Virus record (IMG/VR): IMGVR_UViG_3300027969_000060
Span: 44,992-108,991 of that record
DNA: 64,000 nt
Direction: 5' to 3' (one strand)
From: a virus
The notes under the pieces are model-generated. The model did no database searches, had not been told where the DNA came from, and saw only the letters and a list, made by a program, of their open reading frames with translations. Made by a program: the position numbers and the translations under genes. Every line of letters begins with the position of its first letter. Position 1 is the stretch's first letter. This document shows, piece after piece, positions 1 to 11,100 of this stretch.

Positions 1-1467
1 TGCGCTAGTGCCTGTACCGACAATGTTTGTGCCACTTAGGCCTGTAAATGTTTGGCCCGTTGCCGCCCATTTAACACCACTATTTAAGCGTGACCAGTAG
101 GTTAGGTTTGGTGGGGTATTGCCGGTGTGGTCAAGGATTGCTACATAGGTGTAACCGTTTAGTCTTACTACCTGGCCAACTTTATATGCAGTTGCATTTG
201 ACCAGTCGCCCTGGAAACTAAATCCAGTAGTAAATAAATCCCAATCAGAAATATAAGCAGTAGGAGTTTTATTAGTATTATTTGTTTTAGCTACGTATGC
301 ATATCCACCATAGGATACTATGTCACCTGGTTGGTAAACTTCTGAGCTTGACCAACTATTTTCAAATTCTAATCCGCCAACAAATATAACCCAGTTTGCT
401 TCTGCAAATGTACCGGAAGATGTATGGTCAGTTGTACAAATCCAAAGGTCTGCTCCAAATTTTACAATATCGTTTTTGCGATAGCGAACAGCGGCACCTG
501 TGATTGTAATTTGTGCTCCAACACTGCCTGTTGTTTGTGAAAAGTTTACAGTATATGTTCCGGTAGTTCCTGGGAATGTACCAGTTAACAATTCAGTAAT
601 AGTAGTTCCAGAGGTTACTCCAGCACCAGATAATACTTGACCAATAGATAAATGTCCAGATGATACTGCACTAACAGTTAATGTTGTTCCAGAAATATAT
701 CCAGTAACGCTGGCGCCTGATGACCAGTAACCTAAATATTTAATACCTTTATGGAACGGATCCCATAGCCCCTGATCTGCTTCTAAACCTGATGCAAGAG
801 TGGCGGCAGATTGATGGCCTGTATTACATACGTAAGTGATGCCACCGTATAAAATAACATCGTTTTGTTTGTAACGTGTATTAATAGTCCACTGGCCAAT
901 CCAATCAAATCCTTTGGCGTAAATATCCCATTTACTTAGGTCTTGTTCGAGACCATCAGAGTCAGTATTGTTAGTAGCTGAACTTGTATGCCCAGTATTA
1001 CAGATATAACTGATACCACCGTATCTAACAACGTCATCTGTTTTGTATCGAGTACCGGTAGTCCAGTCGTTCTTCCAGTCTAAACTTGCGGCAAATAAAT
1101 CCCATTTATTTTGATCTGCTTCCAAGCCCGCAGTTACTTCTGGGCTAGTACCAGATGTTGCTAGTACATTGCTTTGATGTCCGGTGTTACATAAGTAAAC
1201 TCTGCCGCCAAATCGTACTAGGTCGTTAATCTTGTAATATGTATCAGTATCCCAATCGCCCTTCCAGCTTGTGCCGTCAGCAATTTGGTTCCAACGTGTC
1301 GGACCATGGTTTAGGTCGACGTAGAAATCTGCATTGGCAGTATGTCCTGCTACGCAAACAAACGTCTTACCACCGTATCTTACAACATCGTCTTTTACGT
1401 ATGTTGTAGATGCACTCCAGTTGTTTTTCCAAACAAAGCGGATTCTACCTAGTTTAAATTCAGCCAT
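1..1467 (-). CDS. Virion fibre/appendage protein with tandem CBM5/12 (ChtBD3)-like repeats; C-terminus runs off the left edge; paralog of 1522..7443
   Basis: Not in the ORF track. ATG at 1467 (rc ATGGCTGAATTTAAACTAGGTAGA = [14 protein letters not shown]) with GGAG upstream, open to position 1. Repeated W-x4-Y-x3-D-x-V-x-(Y/F)-GG-x2-Y-x-C-x3-H units. Confidence 0.85.
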   Translation of the reverse strand, partial: MAEFKLGRIRFVWKNNWSASTTYVKDDVVRYGGKTFVCVAGHTANADFYVDLNHGPTRWNQIADGTSWKGDWDTDTYYKINDLVRFGGRVYLCNTGHQSNVLATSGTSPEVTAGLEADQNKWDLFAASLDWKNDWTTGTRYKTDDVVRYGGISYICNTGHTSSATNNTDSDGLEQDLSKWDIYAKGFDWIGQWTINTRYKQNDVILYGGITYVCNTGHQSAATLASGLEADQGLWDPFHKGIKYLGYWSSGASVTGYISGTTLTVSAVSSGHLSIGQVLSGAGVTSGTTITELLTGTFPGTTGTYTVNFSQTTGSVGAQITITGAAVRYRKNDIVKFGADLWICTTDHTSSGTFAEANWVIFVGGLEFENSWSSSEVYQPGDIVSYGGYAYVAKTNNTNKTPTAYISDWDLFTTGFSFQGDWSNATAYKVGQVVRLNGYTYVAILDHTGNTPPNLTYWSRLNSGVKWAATGQTFTGLSGTNIVGTGTSA

Positions 1468-1493
1468 TCAATGCTCCGATTTTCATTATATTG

Positions 1494-1501
1494 TATTTAT
1501 T
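1494..1501 (-). promoter_or_regulatory. T4-type late promoter (AATAAATA)
   Basis: Close match to TATAAATA in the intergenic gap upstream of the 1467 start. Confidence 0.6.
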
Positions 1502-1521
1502 CATTTGTTAATATTGCTTTT

Positions 1522-4500
1522 TTACTTTCCTGCATCGCTGCCGCCAACGGAAAATCCGTGTGCAAAGAAGCTTTTAGCTAACATAGTTCCGTTAATACCT
1601 TTTGTCATTCTCATAGAGTTTCTAACAAATAGTTGTTGCTGGGTTGACGAGTAAATCCTATTAGGACCACCAACACCAAATGTACCTGCAACAATTGCGC
1701 CTGCTTGTGCATTTGCACCACCACCTGCAATGTTTCTAGCAATATAGGCTTTGATTGCTCTCTGAGTCGGGACAATACTATCACTATTTGCTGTAAAATA
1801 ACTATCAGTACTAAACTGTGTAATTACTACAGAGTTTGTTCCTAACTGGAATCCGCCAAGTGACAGTGTTTGTAGACCTGTTAAACTCAACTGATCTGCT
1901 GAAATTGTAACAATACCAGATGCTTGTTGTACCGCAAACAAGTTACCAACTTTAAAGTTGCCGTCTTGGTCTGTTGAAGTTTGGAATACTCGTCCTCCGT
2001 TATTTTCAGCAATTTGCTGGTATGGAAGTGCTGTATTAACATCAACATTTGGATAATTCGTCGTTTCTTTATTTCCAGTACCAATTAACAAGAAGTCATG
2101 TCCTGTAATACGGCACTGGCTATATTTTTGTCGAATATTGATACTTGTATTATGCTCAGGTGCTAATAAAATAGTCAACGGAGGACTTATTTGGAATTGC
2201 GCTTTATTTGCACCTAAGTCGGTAATAAGAACAATTCGATACTGATTAGGGTTACCGTTGATTGTTAAAGCGGCGCCTGGAGTTGGTAAAAATCCTAAGT
2301 TAGAAACTGTTAAGAATTTGCTAGGTTGATATATATCAGCATAGCCGTCTCCTGATTGAACTGTTATAACTGTTGTCGATGTCCTGTATCCTGTACCTCG
2401 ATTAACAAAAGTTGGATTTCCCAAGACCTTGTTACCTATTCGCGCTAGTGTTGTAACAAATGATGTTGGATTAGGATCAGTAACCCCTAGTGTAGCTGAA
2501 ATATATCCACTGCCGGGCTCTAACAGTTTAATAGCACTAATTTTATTAGAAGCTACAGTAGCTCGACCAAACGCCTGAGCTCCGCATGCCACGGCTAATC
2601 CGCTAGCCGACGAAGATACTACGGAAAATAGTGGAGTTGAGTTAGTATTACCAAATGCAACGCTTGCCCACGATCCAGACGATGATAAGGTACGTTGAGT
2701 CCATACAATACCGTCAGGACTAGATAGCGCGGTCGAAGTCCCGTTGCCGACTACTATAAAAGTTCCTTGGCCGTATGTAATTTGTTGCCAGGATGCTGTT
2801 ACAGGCATTGTGCTAGCTGTCCAAAGTTTGCCATCGAATGAGTATGCGGCTGCACTTCCTCCAGTGGAAATTGCAACAAATCTACCATTTCCCCATATAA
2901 CAGAAATCCAGTTTGACGAAGTTGGTAGCTGAACGTTAGTCTGCGTTATGCCGCCGTCTGTAGAATATGTTGTAAGCCACGTTGTTCCGTTGTCTAATGA
3001 GTATGTGGCAATATTACTACTTCCTGCAATAGCAACCCACACACCAATGTTACTGTATGCAATAGATTTCCAACTAGCAGTAGTAGGTAATGTTACTGCG
3101 CTCCATGTTGATCCATTAATAGAGCTTGAAGCAACTGCACTACTTGTAGTTTGTAAAGCAATATAATTATTATTACCCCATGCAATATCAGCGTGGCCGC
3201 CACCTAATGTAGTGTTACCCGAAGTCCAAGATGTACCATCAATAGAATATGCTATACTGCTACTATTAGAAGTTATTGCATAGAAAAATCCGCCGACAAA
3301 TTTTAGTTTTGCATACGTTCCGGTGGGCAAGGCAGTACCTGTAGTCCAAGCTGTTCCATTTAATGAATTTGCAGTTGCTCCTGTTGAGGTCATTGCAATA
3401 TATTTTCCGTTGCCGTATGTAACTGATACCCAGCCAGTAGTAGGTAATGTTACCGCGCTTGAAGAATAGCTTGGTTGGCTAAATCTAACACATGGCTCAA
3501 TTGAATATACGCTGGTTGAATCTAATAAGGCAACCGCCGGGGTGCCGCTAACAATATTTTGCCATCCTACTGCATGTACATCCATCTTTGTTCCATAAGT
3601 TTGTGTAGTTACTGATTGAATTGTTCCGCCAAAACTTGTAGATATTGAAAACTTTGTTGCTGAATAGTTTGTTGCAATTACATAATAAATTTGTCCTGCT
3701 GTTAAGCCGCCTAACATTCCGCCAGCTACTGTGGCCATTTGTCCCGAACCGTTAGTTAATGTTTTTACTGGACCTTGATAGGTATCACTAATAGTAATTT
3801 GATTTCCTATAATTGCATTAATAATATAATACGTTGCTCCACTTACAATTCCGCCAAATGTTGTTCCGGAAAACACAATTTGTTCTCCAATAACCATTCC
3901 TGCAGAGGAGGTTAGGGTTATTAAATTATTAGTTCCAGTAATTGTAATTGGTACTGCTTGACTACCAACTACTTGTGCTACACTAATTTGCCAAGTACTT
4001 CCGCTACCGGTTCCGGCATTATTAGCTGTGATGTATGTGCCGCTAGTTACCCCAGCCCCAGTCAAGGTCATACCAACTGCAACGGCTCCGGCACCCATTG
4101 AAACAACATATAATGTGTTGCCTGCAATATAAGCAGTAGTCATTGTAGCAATAGTACGAATAGTCTGGAAAGCAGTAGTATTTTGTTGAGTAGGAACAAA
4201 AACAATTGCACTGCCGGGAGTAAATCCAGCGGTTGTTGGTACATTAATTGTATTATCTATAGCGGAGGTAGACGACGATGTTTGTTGTGTAACACTTTCA
4301 TTGGCAATGGTTGCAATTTTACCAACAGCATCGTAGCCTGCAATGTATCCGTATTGTCCAACACCAGTACCAGATGTAACTATTAATCTCATACCATAGT
4401 AAGTAGCAAACGTATTTTGATCGTTACTTGCAATGGTAATTGTTTGAGTATTTCCAGCCTGTGCTTGGTTAACTGCGGTGATATATCCTAATCCACCTGC

Positions 4501-7443
4501 GGCAAAATCGCTACCTAAAATTCTAACTTCATATACTCCACCATCGCGGAACTCGTCACCGACTGCAATTGCGCCGGTTCCTGATCCGCCAAACGCATAA
4601 GTTACACCAGTATATTCTTGCCCAGCATTAGAATATTCAAATTTTAAAATTTTGTTAGTTGCTTCACCAATAAACGCGGCAGCAATCTGAGCTTGTTGAT
4701 TTCTGTTATTTACAGTTGCAGTGATTGGACTTTCTGTTGTATCATATCCTTCGGCAACGCAACCAAAATTTCCATAAGATGTGTTACCGTTAGTAGCACG
4801 AATACGTCCGCCGTCTTCTGCTAGGTAACCGCAATGGCCGTAATATGAGAACACTGATACTAATTCTGTTAATGATCCTGTTCCAGTACACCAAGCACCA
4901 ATTCCAGCAGATAAAATTGTTGTAAAGTCGTTAGCAACAATAGATTTATTACCACCGTTGTGTAATGTTCCATCAATCTTTACGCCAACACATCCTTGTC
5001 CAAACATTGATACGTTTTGGGCATAAGGAGATTTTGTAGTAATTTGCACTGATGTATCATTTGGGCCAGTGCCTGGATCCAGTGATACGTAAGCTCCCGC
5101 TGTTGGGCGTCTTGTTCCGTAACTATTAGGGCTACCTAATCCGCCAAGTAAACCAGTTAAGGTCATGTTTCGAATACCAGTTGCATTTGCAACTAAGAAC
5201 ATATTTTTAATTGCATCTCCGCCATACACATTAACTGTTTGACTAGTTGACTCAGATAAACTAACTGCGGCTGTACCGCCGTTAATGTTAGAAATTTTAA
5301 AACTTGTTGGAGTTATAGTTGAACCAATAACATAGTATGTTTGGCCAATTGTTAGTCCAGCAAATCCACCTGCTATAACAGCCATTGCTCCTTGAGCATC
5401 GGTTACTGCAAACGTCGGGCCGTTATAACTTGCACTAATTGTAATAGTTTGTGTTGCCGAGTCGTATGTTTTAATATAATATACTTGGCCTGAAACCAGC
5501 CCACCAAGACTTGCACCGTTAAACACAATAGTTTCATTTACATATAAATTAGCAACATACGCTAACGTAATTTTATTAGTTGAGGCAACTGTGGCAAGAG
5601 CTGTAGTAATTAATGTTTCAACTACAAACTGAATAGGATCGTTTGCTGATATACCAACAGTAGTGTTTAATGTAATTATTCCTGTTGCGCTACTTGATGC
5701 AGTAGCAATACAGTTAATAATTTTTGCTGGTTGGATTACTGTTCCGCGAAGTTCATCGCCTACTAGAGCAACACCTGCTGGTACCCTGATTGGCAATGTT
5801 TCACCGTATGTACCAGTTTTAATAAAAATTGTGGCAGGTCCAGCAACTTGACTACACGCATATTTTACAGTTTTCCACGGAGTAGATATTGTTGTACCGT
5901 ATGATGCAGTGTCAACTCCGGTAGGTGACACGTAATAGACCTTTCCAATAATTCCCCAATTATCCCATGACGGGATCGGCAGGTAATTGTTAGTACTGAG
6001 TGTTCTAGTCTTTAATAAATTTCCTTCACCACCAATAGGAGTTGCGGTCCACTGACTGTTGTTATAGGTTTGAATATCACCTTGATATTGTAATGTTTCA
6101 AACTGATCACCTCGAACATATATAACCCAATATATGTTTGTGGTATCTTGTGCTGGAGCTAATATTGCACCAGAAGTATGTTTAACAAGACAAATATAAG
6201 AAGTTGAATAATAAGTAACAACGTCGCCGACTACATATACTTGATCTGCGGCCCAGCCGCCGCGCCAGTACATACCTGGATTTACTAATTCCCATTTACT
6301 AGTATCTGTAGGTTCAATACTTACGCTATCCATGATCGCAACATACAAATATCCATCTCTTCGAATAAGGTCGCCAGTGCGATAATTACCAACCGAGGTC
6401 CAATCGCCCATTATGTTGTAATTTTTAACTACTAGTGTCCAACTGATTAGGTCGGTTGACGGAATATTATTAATATTATTTTGAACATTGCTTGTATACT
6501 GATATCCACCATATGTAACAACATCGCCTTTATCGTAAGCTATTGAATTTAACCATGCATTTGCAAATTCTAAGCCTGGAACCCAAATTTTAAAACTTGC
6601 TGTATCAAAAGTACTAGTCGATTGGTGTGCAACAATACAGATATATAAATCTGGTCCTTGTTTTACTACATCGTTCAACTTGTATCGTGTCAGTGCCTGC
6701 CACGTAAATTTGTAATCTATTCCAGTGTGTACAATTTCCCATTTTAAAATGTCAGGATCTATACCAACAGTTGCAGTTGCTCCGCTAATGTGTGCATCAG
6801 TACACTTATAAATAATCCCGCCGTATCGAACTACATCACTTAGTTTGTAACGAGTCAAAGGAGCCCAGTCAGTCTTCCAATCATTGGCATACAGGACTGC
6901 ATCCCAGTATGCTTGATGAGATTCAAGGCCGCCTGGGAACGATGTAGTAGATGAACTAGTATGACCAAAATTACATCTATAAATTGTTCCGCCGTATCGA
7001 ACTAGATCGTTTAATCGATAACGAGTATTAATGGTCCATGCTTTGAGCCAGTCGTCTGTGACTGCATAACGTGCCCACTTGCTTTGGTCTACTTCAAGTC
7101 CGCTGGCAATAGTTGTTGCTGAGGTATGGCTAGTAATACAAATATAGACAATGCTGTTATATCGAATATAATCACCAAGGTTATATAGTGTATTAGTTGA
7201 CCAAGTGTTCCTCCACTCGTAGCCGTCTAACCATAATTGCCATTTTGGCGCGGCCTCGTCTGGCGTTGTAGAAACATCAATATAATTTAAATCGGTATTA
7301 AAATCTGCAGACGAAGTATGCCCAACTAGACATACGTATGATTTACCACGGTAACGAACAATATCGTCTTTGGTATATGCCGTGTTGGTTACCCATGTAT
7401 CTTTCCATGTAAATCTAATTCGGTTTATCTTAAAATCTGCCAT
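1522..7443 (-). CDS. Large virion fibre/appendage protein: N-terminal CBM5/12-like repeats, pectin-lyase-like beta-helix region, BNR/Asp-box propeller-like region
   Basis: 1973 aa. W..nT.Y...D.VRYGG..Y repeats; YYVSPTG..G..PWKTVKYA start of a beta-helix; S-x-D-G-x-x-W repeats; C-terminal TDQDGNFKVG motif. Confidence 0.75.
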   Translation of the reverse strand: MADFKINRIRFTWKDTWVTNTAYTKDDIVRYRGKSYVCLVGHTSSADFNTDLNYIDVSTTPDEAAPKWQLWLDGYEWRNTWSTNTLYNLGDYIRYNSIVYICITSHTSATTIASGLEVDQSKWARYAVTDDWLKAWTINTRYRLNDLVRYGGTIYRCNFGHTSSSTTSFPGGLESHQAYWDAVLYANDWKTDWAPLTRYKLSDVVRYGGIIYKCTDAHISGATATVGIDPDILKWEIVHTGIDYKFTWQALTRYKLNDVVKQGPDLYICIVAHQSTSTFDTASFKIWVPGLEFANAWLNSIAYDKGDVVTYGGYQYTSNVQNNINNIPSTDLISWTLVVKNYNIMGDWTSVGNYRTGDLIRRDGYLYVAIMDSVSIEPTDTSKWELVNPGMYWRGGWAADQVYVVGDVVTYYSTSYICLVKHTSGAILAPAQDTTNIYWVIYVRGDQFETLQYQGDIQTYNNSQWTATPIGGEGNLLKTRTLSTNNYLPIPSWDNWGIIGKVYYVSPTGVDTASYGTTISTPWKTVKYACSQVAGPATIFIKTGTYGETLPIRVPAGVALVGDELRGTVIQPAKIINCIATASSSATGIITLNTTVGISANDPIQFVVETLITTALATVASTNKITLAYVANLYVNETIVFNGASLGGLVSGQVYYIKTYDSATQTITISASYNGPTFAVTDAQGAMAVIAGGFAGLTIGQTYYVIGSTITPTSFKISNINGGTAAVSLSESTSQTVNVYGGDAIKNMFLVANATGIRNMTLTGLLGGLGSPNSYGTRRPTAGAYVSLDPGTGPNDTSVQITTKSPYAQNVSMFGQGCVGVKIDGTLHNGGNKSIVANDFTTILSAGIGAWCTGTGSLTELVSVFSYYGHCGYLAEDGGRIRATNGNTSYGNFGCVAEGYDTTESPITATVNNRNQQAQIAAAFIGEATNKILKFEYSNAGQEYTGVTYAFGGSGTGAIAVGDEFRDGGVYEVRILGSDFAAGGLGYITAVNQAQAGNTQTITIASNDQNTFATYYGMRLIVTSGTGVGQYGYIAGYDAVGKIATIANESVTQQTSSSTSAIDNTINVPTTAGFTPGSAIVFVPTQQNTTAFQTIRTIATMTTAYIAGNTLYVVSMGAGAVAVGMTLTGAGVTSGTYITANNAGTGSGSTWQISVAQVVGSQAVPITITGTNNLITLTSSAGMVIGEQIVFSGTTFGGIVSGATYYIINAIIGNQITISDTYQGPVKTLTNGSGQMATVAGGMLGGLTAGQIYYVIATNYSATKFSISTSFGGTIQSVTTQTYGTKMDVHAVGWQNIVSGTPAVALLDSTSVYSIEPCVRFSQPSYSSSAVTLPTTGWVSVTYGNGKYIAMTSTGATANSLNGTAWTTGTALPTGTYAKLKFVGGFFYAITSNSSSIAYSIDGTSWTSGNTTLGGGHADIAWGNNNYIALQTTSSAVASSSINGSTWSAVTLPTTASWKSIAYSNIGVWVAIAGSSNIATYSLDNGTTWLTTYSTDGGITQTNVQLPTSSNWISVIWGNGRFVAISTGGSAAAYSFDGKLWTASTMPVTASWQQITYGQGTFIVVGNGTSTALSSPDGIVWTQRTLSSSGSWASVAFGNTNSTPLFSVVSSSASGLAVACGAQAFGRATVASNKISAIKLLEPGSGYISATLGVTDPNPTSFVTTLARIGNKVLGNPTFVNRGTGYRTSTTVITVQSGDGYADIYQPSKFLTVSNLGFLPTPGAALTINGNPNQYRIVLITDLGANKAQFQISPPLTILLAPEHNTSINIRQKYSQCRITGHDFLLIGTGNKETTNYPNVDVNTALPYQQIAENNGGRVFQTSTDQDGNFKVGNLFAVQQASGIVTISADQLSLTGLQTLSLGGFQLGTNSVVITQFSTDSYFTANSDSIVPTQRAIKAYIARNIAGGGANAQAGAIVAGTFGVGGPNRIYSSTQQQLFVRNSMRMTKGINGTMLAKSFFAHGFSVGGSDAGK

Positions 7444-7471
7444 TATCTACCTCAATATTTTTAATTTTGTA

Positions 7472-7479
7472 TATTTATA
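7472..7479 (-). promoter_or_regulatory. T4-type late promoter (TATAAATA)
   Basis: Exact T4 late consensus, overlapping the TAA of the upstream gene. Confidence 0.75.
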
Positions 7480-7834
7480 CGCCGCTTGGGTACTGGTATT
7501 TTGTATCTACTCTTACAACTAGTTGTCCGTCATCATCAATATAATAATACAAATTTCTGTTGTCCCAACGCATTTGTTCAAAATTTAAATTTTCAAAAAC
7601 TAGCTCGTGTATTGCATCGCGGCCCTCAAAGAAATCTACACCTACTTCAAAATCTGGATAGTTGCCGTCTGCTGTTCCGTCGTTGTTAATCTGAATACTG
7701 TCTTCTCTACTAAGTTGATTAACTCGTGTAAAATACAATACTCCGTCATCTGTTCTGCGTAGGGCATAAAAGTACTTGGGAGTATCTCCCAATACATCTT
7801 CTTGTGACCTGCCAAATTGATAATTGCTTGCCAT
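7475..7834 (-). CDS. Hypothetical protein (virion gene cluster)
   Basis: 119-aa ORF with AAGGAG RBS, packed between structural genes. Confidence 0.7.
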   Translation of the reverse strand: MASNYQFGRSQEDVLGDTPKYFYALRRTDDGVLYFTRVNQLSREDSIQINNDGTADGNYPDFEVGVDFFEGRDAIHELVFENLNFEQMRWDNRNLYYYIDDDGQLVVRVDTKYQYPSGV

Positions 7835-7845
7835 AATAAATCTCC

Positions 7846-8175
7846 TTAAACAATCTCGGCGTAACTAGCAATTAGATCAATGCTATTTGCCGTATCGCTT
7901 ACTATTGTCATTGTTGTACTTTCTGCTAGAATAATCTTTTCACCATTTGTTACTATCTTTGCACTAGTATACGGATCTATTACTAGTCCTTTGATATAGT
8001 ACCCGGTTACTGCGGTTGAATCAGTTATAGTGATGTCAACTATCACAACTTCGTCTGTAGTGTTTGCTAGATTGCAACCGATCAATGTAAATCTGTTGCC
8101 GGGACTAGTTTCTAATACATCAACAGGTGTTGTACCGATGTTCTTTGCTACTTTTGTTCTAAAGAATGATGCCAT
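7846..8175 (-). CDS. Small beta-rich virion structural protein; similar to 17290..17610
   Basis: 109 aa. N-x-T and K-I-I-L-x4 pattern shared with the 106-aa ORF. Confidence 0.65.
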   Translation of the reverse strand: MASFFRTKVAKNIGTTPVDVLETSPGNRFTLIGCNLANTTDEVVIVDITITDSTAVTGYYIKGLVIDPYTSAKIVTNGEKIILAESTTMTIVSDTANSIDLIASYAEIV

Positions 8176-8181
8176 AATTTT

Positions 8182-11100
8182 TTATCCAAATATGAGCGCG
8201 GAAGCAATACCAATCTCTGTTGCTTCTAAACTCGTTACGCCGCCGGATGCACCTGCAACACTTGACCAAGTTACTCCGTTAAATACTTCTACTAAGTTGT
8301 CGTATGTATTAAATCGAATCATTCCAATTTCAGGAACTGCAGGCCGATCATTTAATACATCACCGCTTGGAATAACTACACCATTAGAGCCCGCAATCCG
8401 TACATACCCTGTTCCTGTTTCGGAAAATTCTGTAATTGCTCCGCTTACAATATTAGTAATTGTATTGTTAAAAATCTTTAAGTTACCTAAGCGAACCCCG
8501 CCGGTACCTGTTGTTGTTAAATTAAGATTGCTATCTGCTAATACAGGTGTAATAGTATTGCTATATAAATCTAAATTAACTGTTTGAAAACGCTGGGTAA
8601 ACAATTTTGTACTGTCTATTGTTGCTGTTAAGTTACCGTCAGCATAAAAATAAAGTGTATTGTCGTTTGCGCCAGGGGTTGCTTCTGCAATAATCTTGGT
8701 ATTACCATCAACGTCTTGCAGGCCGCCTAATTTTACCCAATAACCATTATTATATCCTTCATACCTAGTTAGGTCTGAGTTATAACGAATCATACCGTTT
8801 GACGGAGTTCCTGGTTGTTGAGCAGTTGTTCCAACTGGAACTTGAATACTTTGATTACTATTAATTATTACACCGCCGGTGCCTTGTGGTACTAATGTAA
8901 TATTTGAGTCTGTAACAATGCTTTGTATATTGTTGTCGCTAAACTTAATGCCTTCTAATACAACATTGCCGATGCCATTGGCCCTTAATTCTAAATCTAA
9001 ATCTGTCACAGTTGTAGAAATTACATTATTCTCAAGTCTAATTTGCGATAATTGCAAATATGTTGAGCCGGTAATATTACCAGTAACTTGCGTATTACCG
9101 CTAGTAACAAAATTACCAGTTTGATTAATGTTACCAGTCTGCGTAATGTTGCCTGTAACTGTTGTATTTTTTAGATATGTAGTACCGCTAGTTACTGTAA
9201 GATTTTGAGTTACTGTTAAGTTTTGATCAATTTGTACATTGTTGCTTGGAATATAAATTCTTCCTGCACCTGCGGCAGTTAGTGTTAAATCATCATTTCC
9301 AATAGATGTACTAATTTGATTAGAATCAATAATTACGCCGTCAATTTCAGCACGACTTAAGAACGCTGTATTCCACCGTAATAAACTTGTGCCTAAATCA
9401 TAGAACGCTGTCAGTGACGGAATTAAACTACTGTCAATGCTAGCAACAAAATTAATAGTGTCAGTACTTTGATCACCAATAGTAATATTTCCGCCAATGG
9501 TAATATCGCCTGTAACATCTAAGTTACCTGTAACAAACGTATTGTTTTGTAAATTAATTACACCGTTGGCAGCAGTAACATCAATTTGCCCTGTGGTAGA
9601 ATCAATGTTATTATCGTGTATTCTGATATTACCAGTAGTAATATCAGTTGAAGTAATAGTTGTAGTATGTGTACCGTCAGTGAATGTAACACCGGTTAAA
9701 CTAGTAACAGTTAAGTTTTGATTGTTAAATAAAACTTCGCCAGTTTTTTGATTAATATAAAAATTGTCACCAACTTTGAAGTTTCCTTCATTGTCAACAC
9801 TAGTATAATAAATCTTTGCATCGTTTAATTCTACTACTTCATTAGCGGCAATACGATCGTTAGGATCGTTTGTTGATAGTTTTCCAGCACCTATGTATGC
9901 AAAGTTTTGTGAAATTAAGTAAGCAATAACACCGGGGCCGTCCCCGTACACCCCATAATTACCATAGACACTGGCTGATGCAATTGAACGAATCTCAGCA
10001 CCGAAGTCTGAGTAGTCGGCAAAGTCAATTAATGTTGCGGTGCCACCGGCACTAGTTCTTAAGTCTTGGAATGTAATGCCATCGTCTAAAATAGTTGTAG
10101 AATTATTGTTACCGTTAAAATGTAATAATAATACTGTTCCTAAATCGCCTGTCAATGCTGTAGTGGGCGCAGTAAACGTTGTCGTATATCTTGCTACACC
10201 TTTACTAATTTTTACATCGTCAATATAACCAGTGAATCCGTATGCTCCGCTGTAGTCAGCACCAATGCGTAATGGTTTGGTTGTTCCGTAGTCAGTTATG
10301 TCGGCCCAAGAAGAACCCGACTGTGTGCCATTTAAATATATTTTTGTTGAGGCGTTTCTTCTAACTAATGCTACGTGTGTCCAGGTTGACAACGATACTG
10401 TTGCGGCTGTGGTGATAGTTATAACGCCGTTTACATACAAGTACAGTTGATTGCTAGTATTGATAGCTAGATAAATTGATTTTTCAATAGCGGCTGATCT
10501 AAAATCAAATAGTGTTCGATATGTTCCGGCTGCTGTAGGATAAATCCACCCCTCAATAGTAAAGTCAGTTGCTGTTCCGTAGGAAGCGTCGTCAACAATG
10601 GTTGAATTTCCGTTGACTAATAATTTAGTATTAAAGTCGTCAACAAATGCTGTAGTAGTAGGAGTAAATGTTGCGGTATATCTTGCGGTATTGCTTACTC
10701 TAAAGTCATCAATATAACCATTAAATGCTGTTGTTCCGTTGTATTGAGCACCGACTACTAAGGGCTTTGTAGTTCCATAGTTAGTTGTATCAGTATAGGT
10801 AGCGGTAGATACCACACCATTTATAAAGAATCTTGTCACTCCACTAGCACGAGAGATAGCAACGTGATTCCAAGCATTATTAGTATGAGCATTACTACTT
10901 GTTAATACAAATGCGCCATTTACAAATAATCTTAAAGAGCCTGAACCGTTAGACTGAACAACAACGGAGTTTTCAGTTAGGGTTGTTCTTGTATCAAACA
11001 AATATTGTGTAGATACTGCTGTTTTATAGAACCAGCCTTCAATAGTAAAGTCCCCAGTTCCAAATCCATAATCTGTATCTGTAGCAAGACTAAGATAGTC

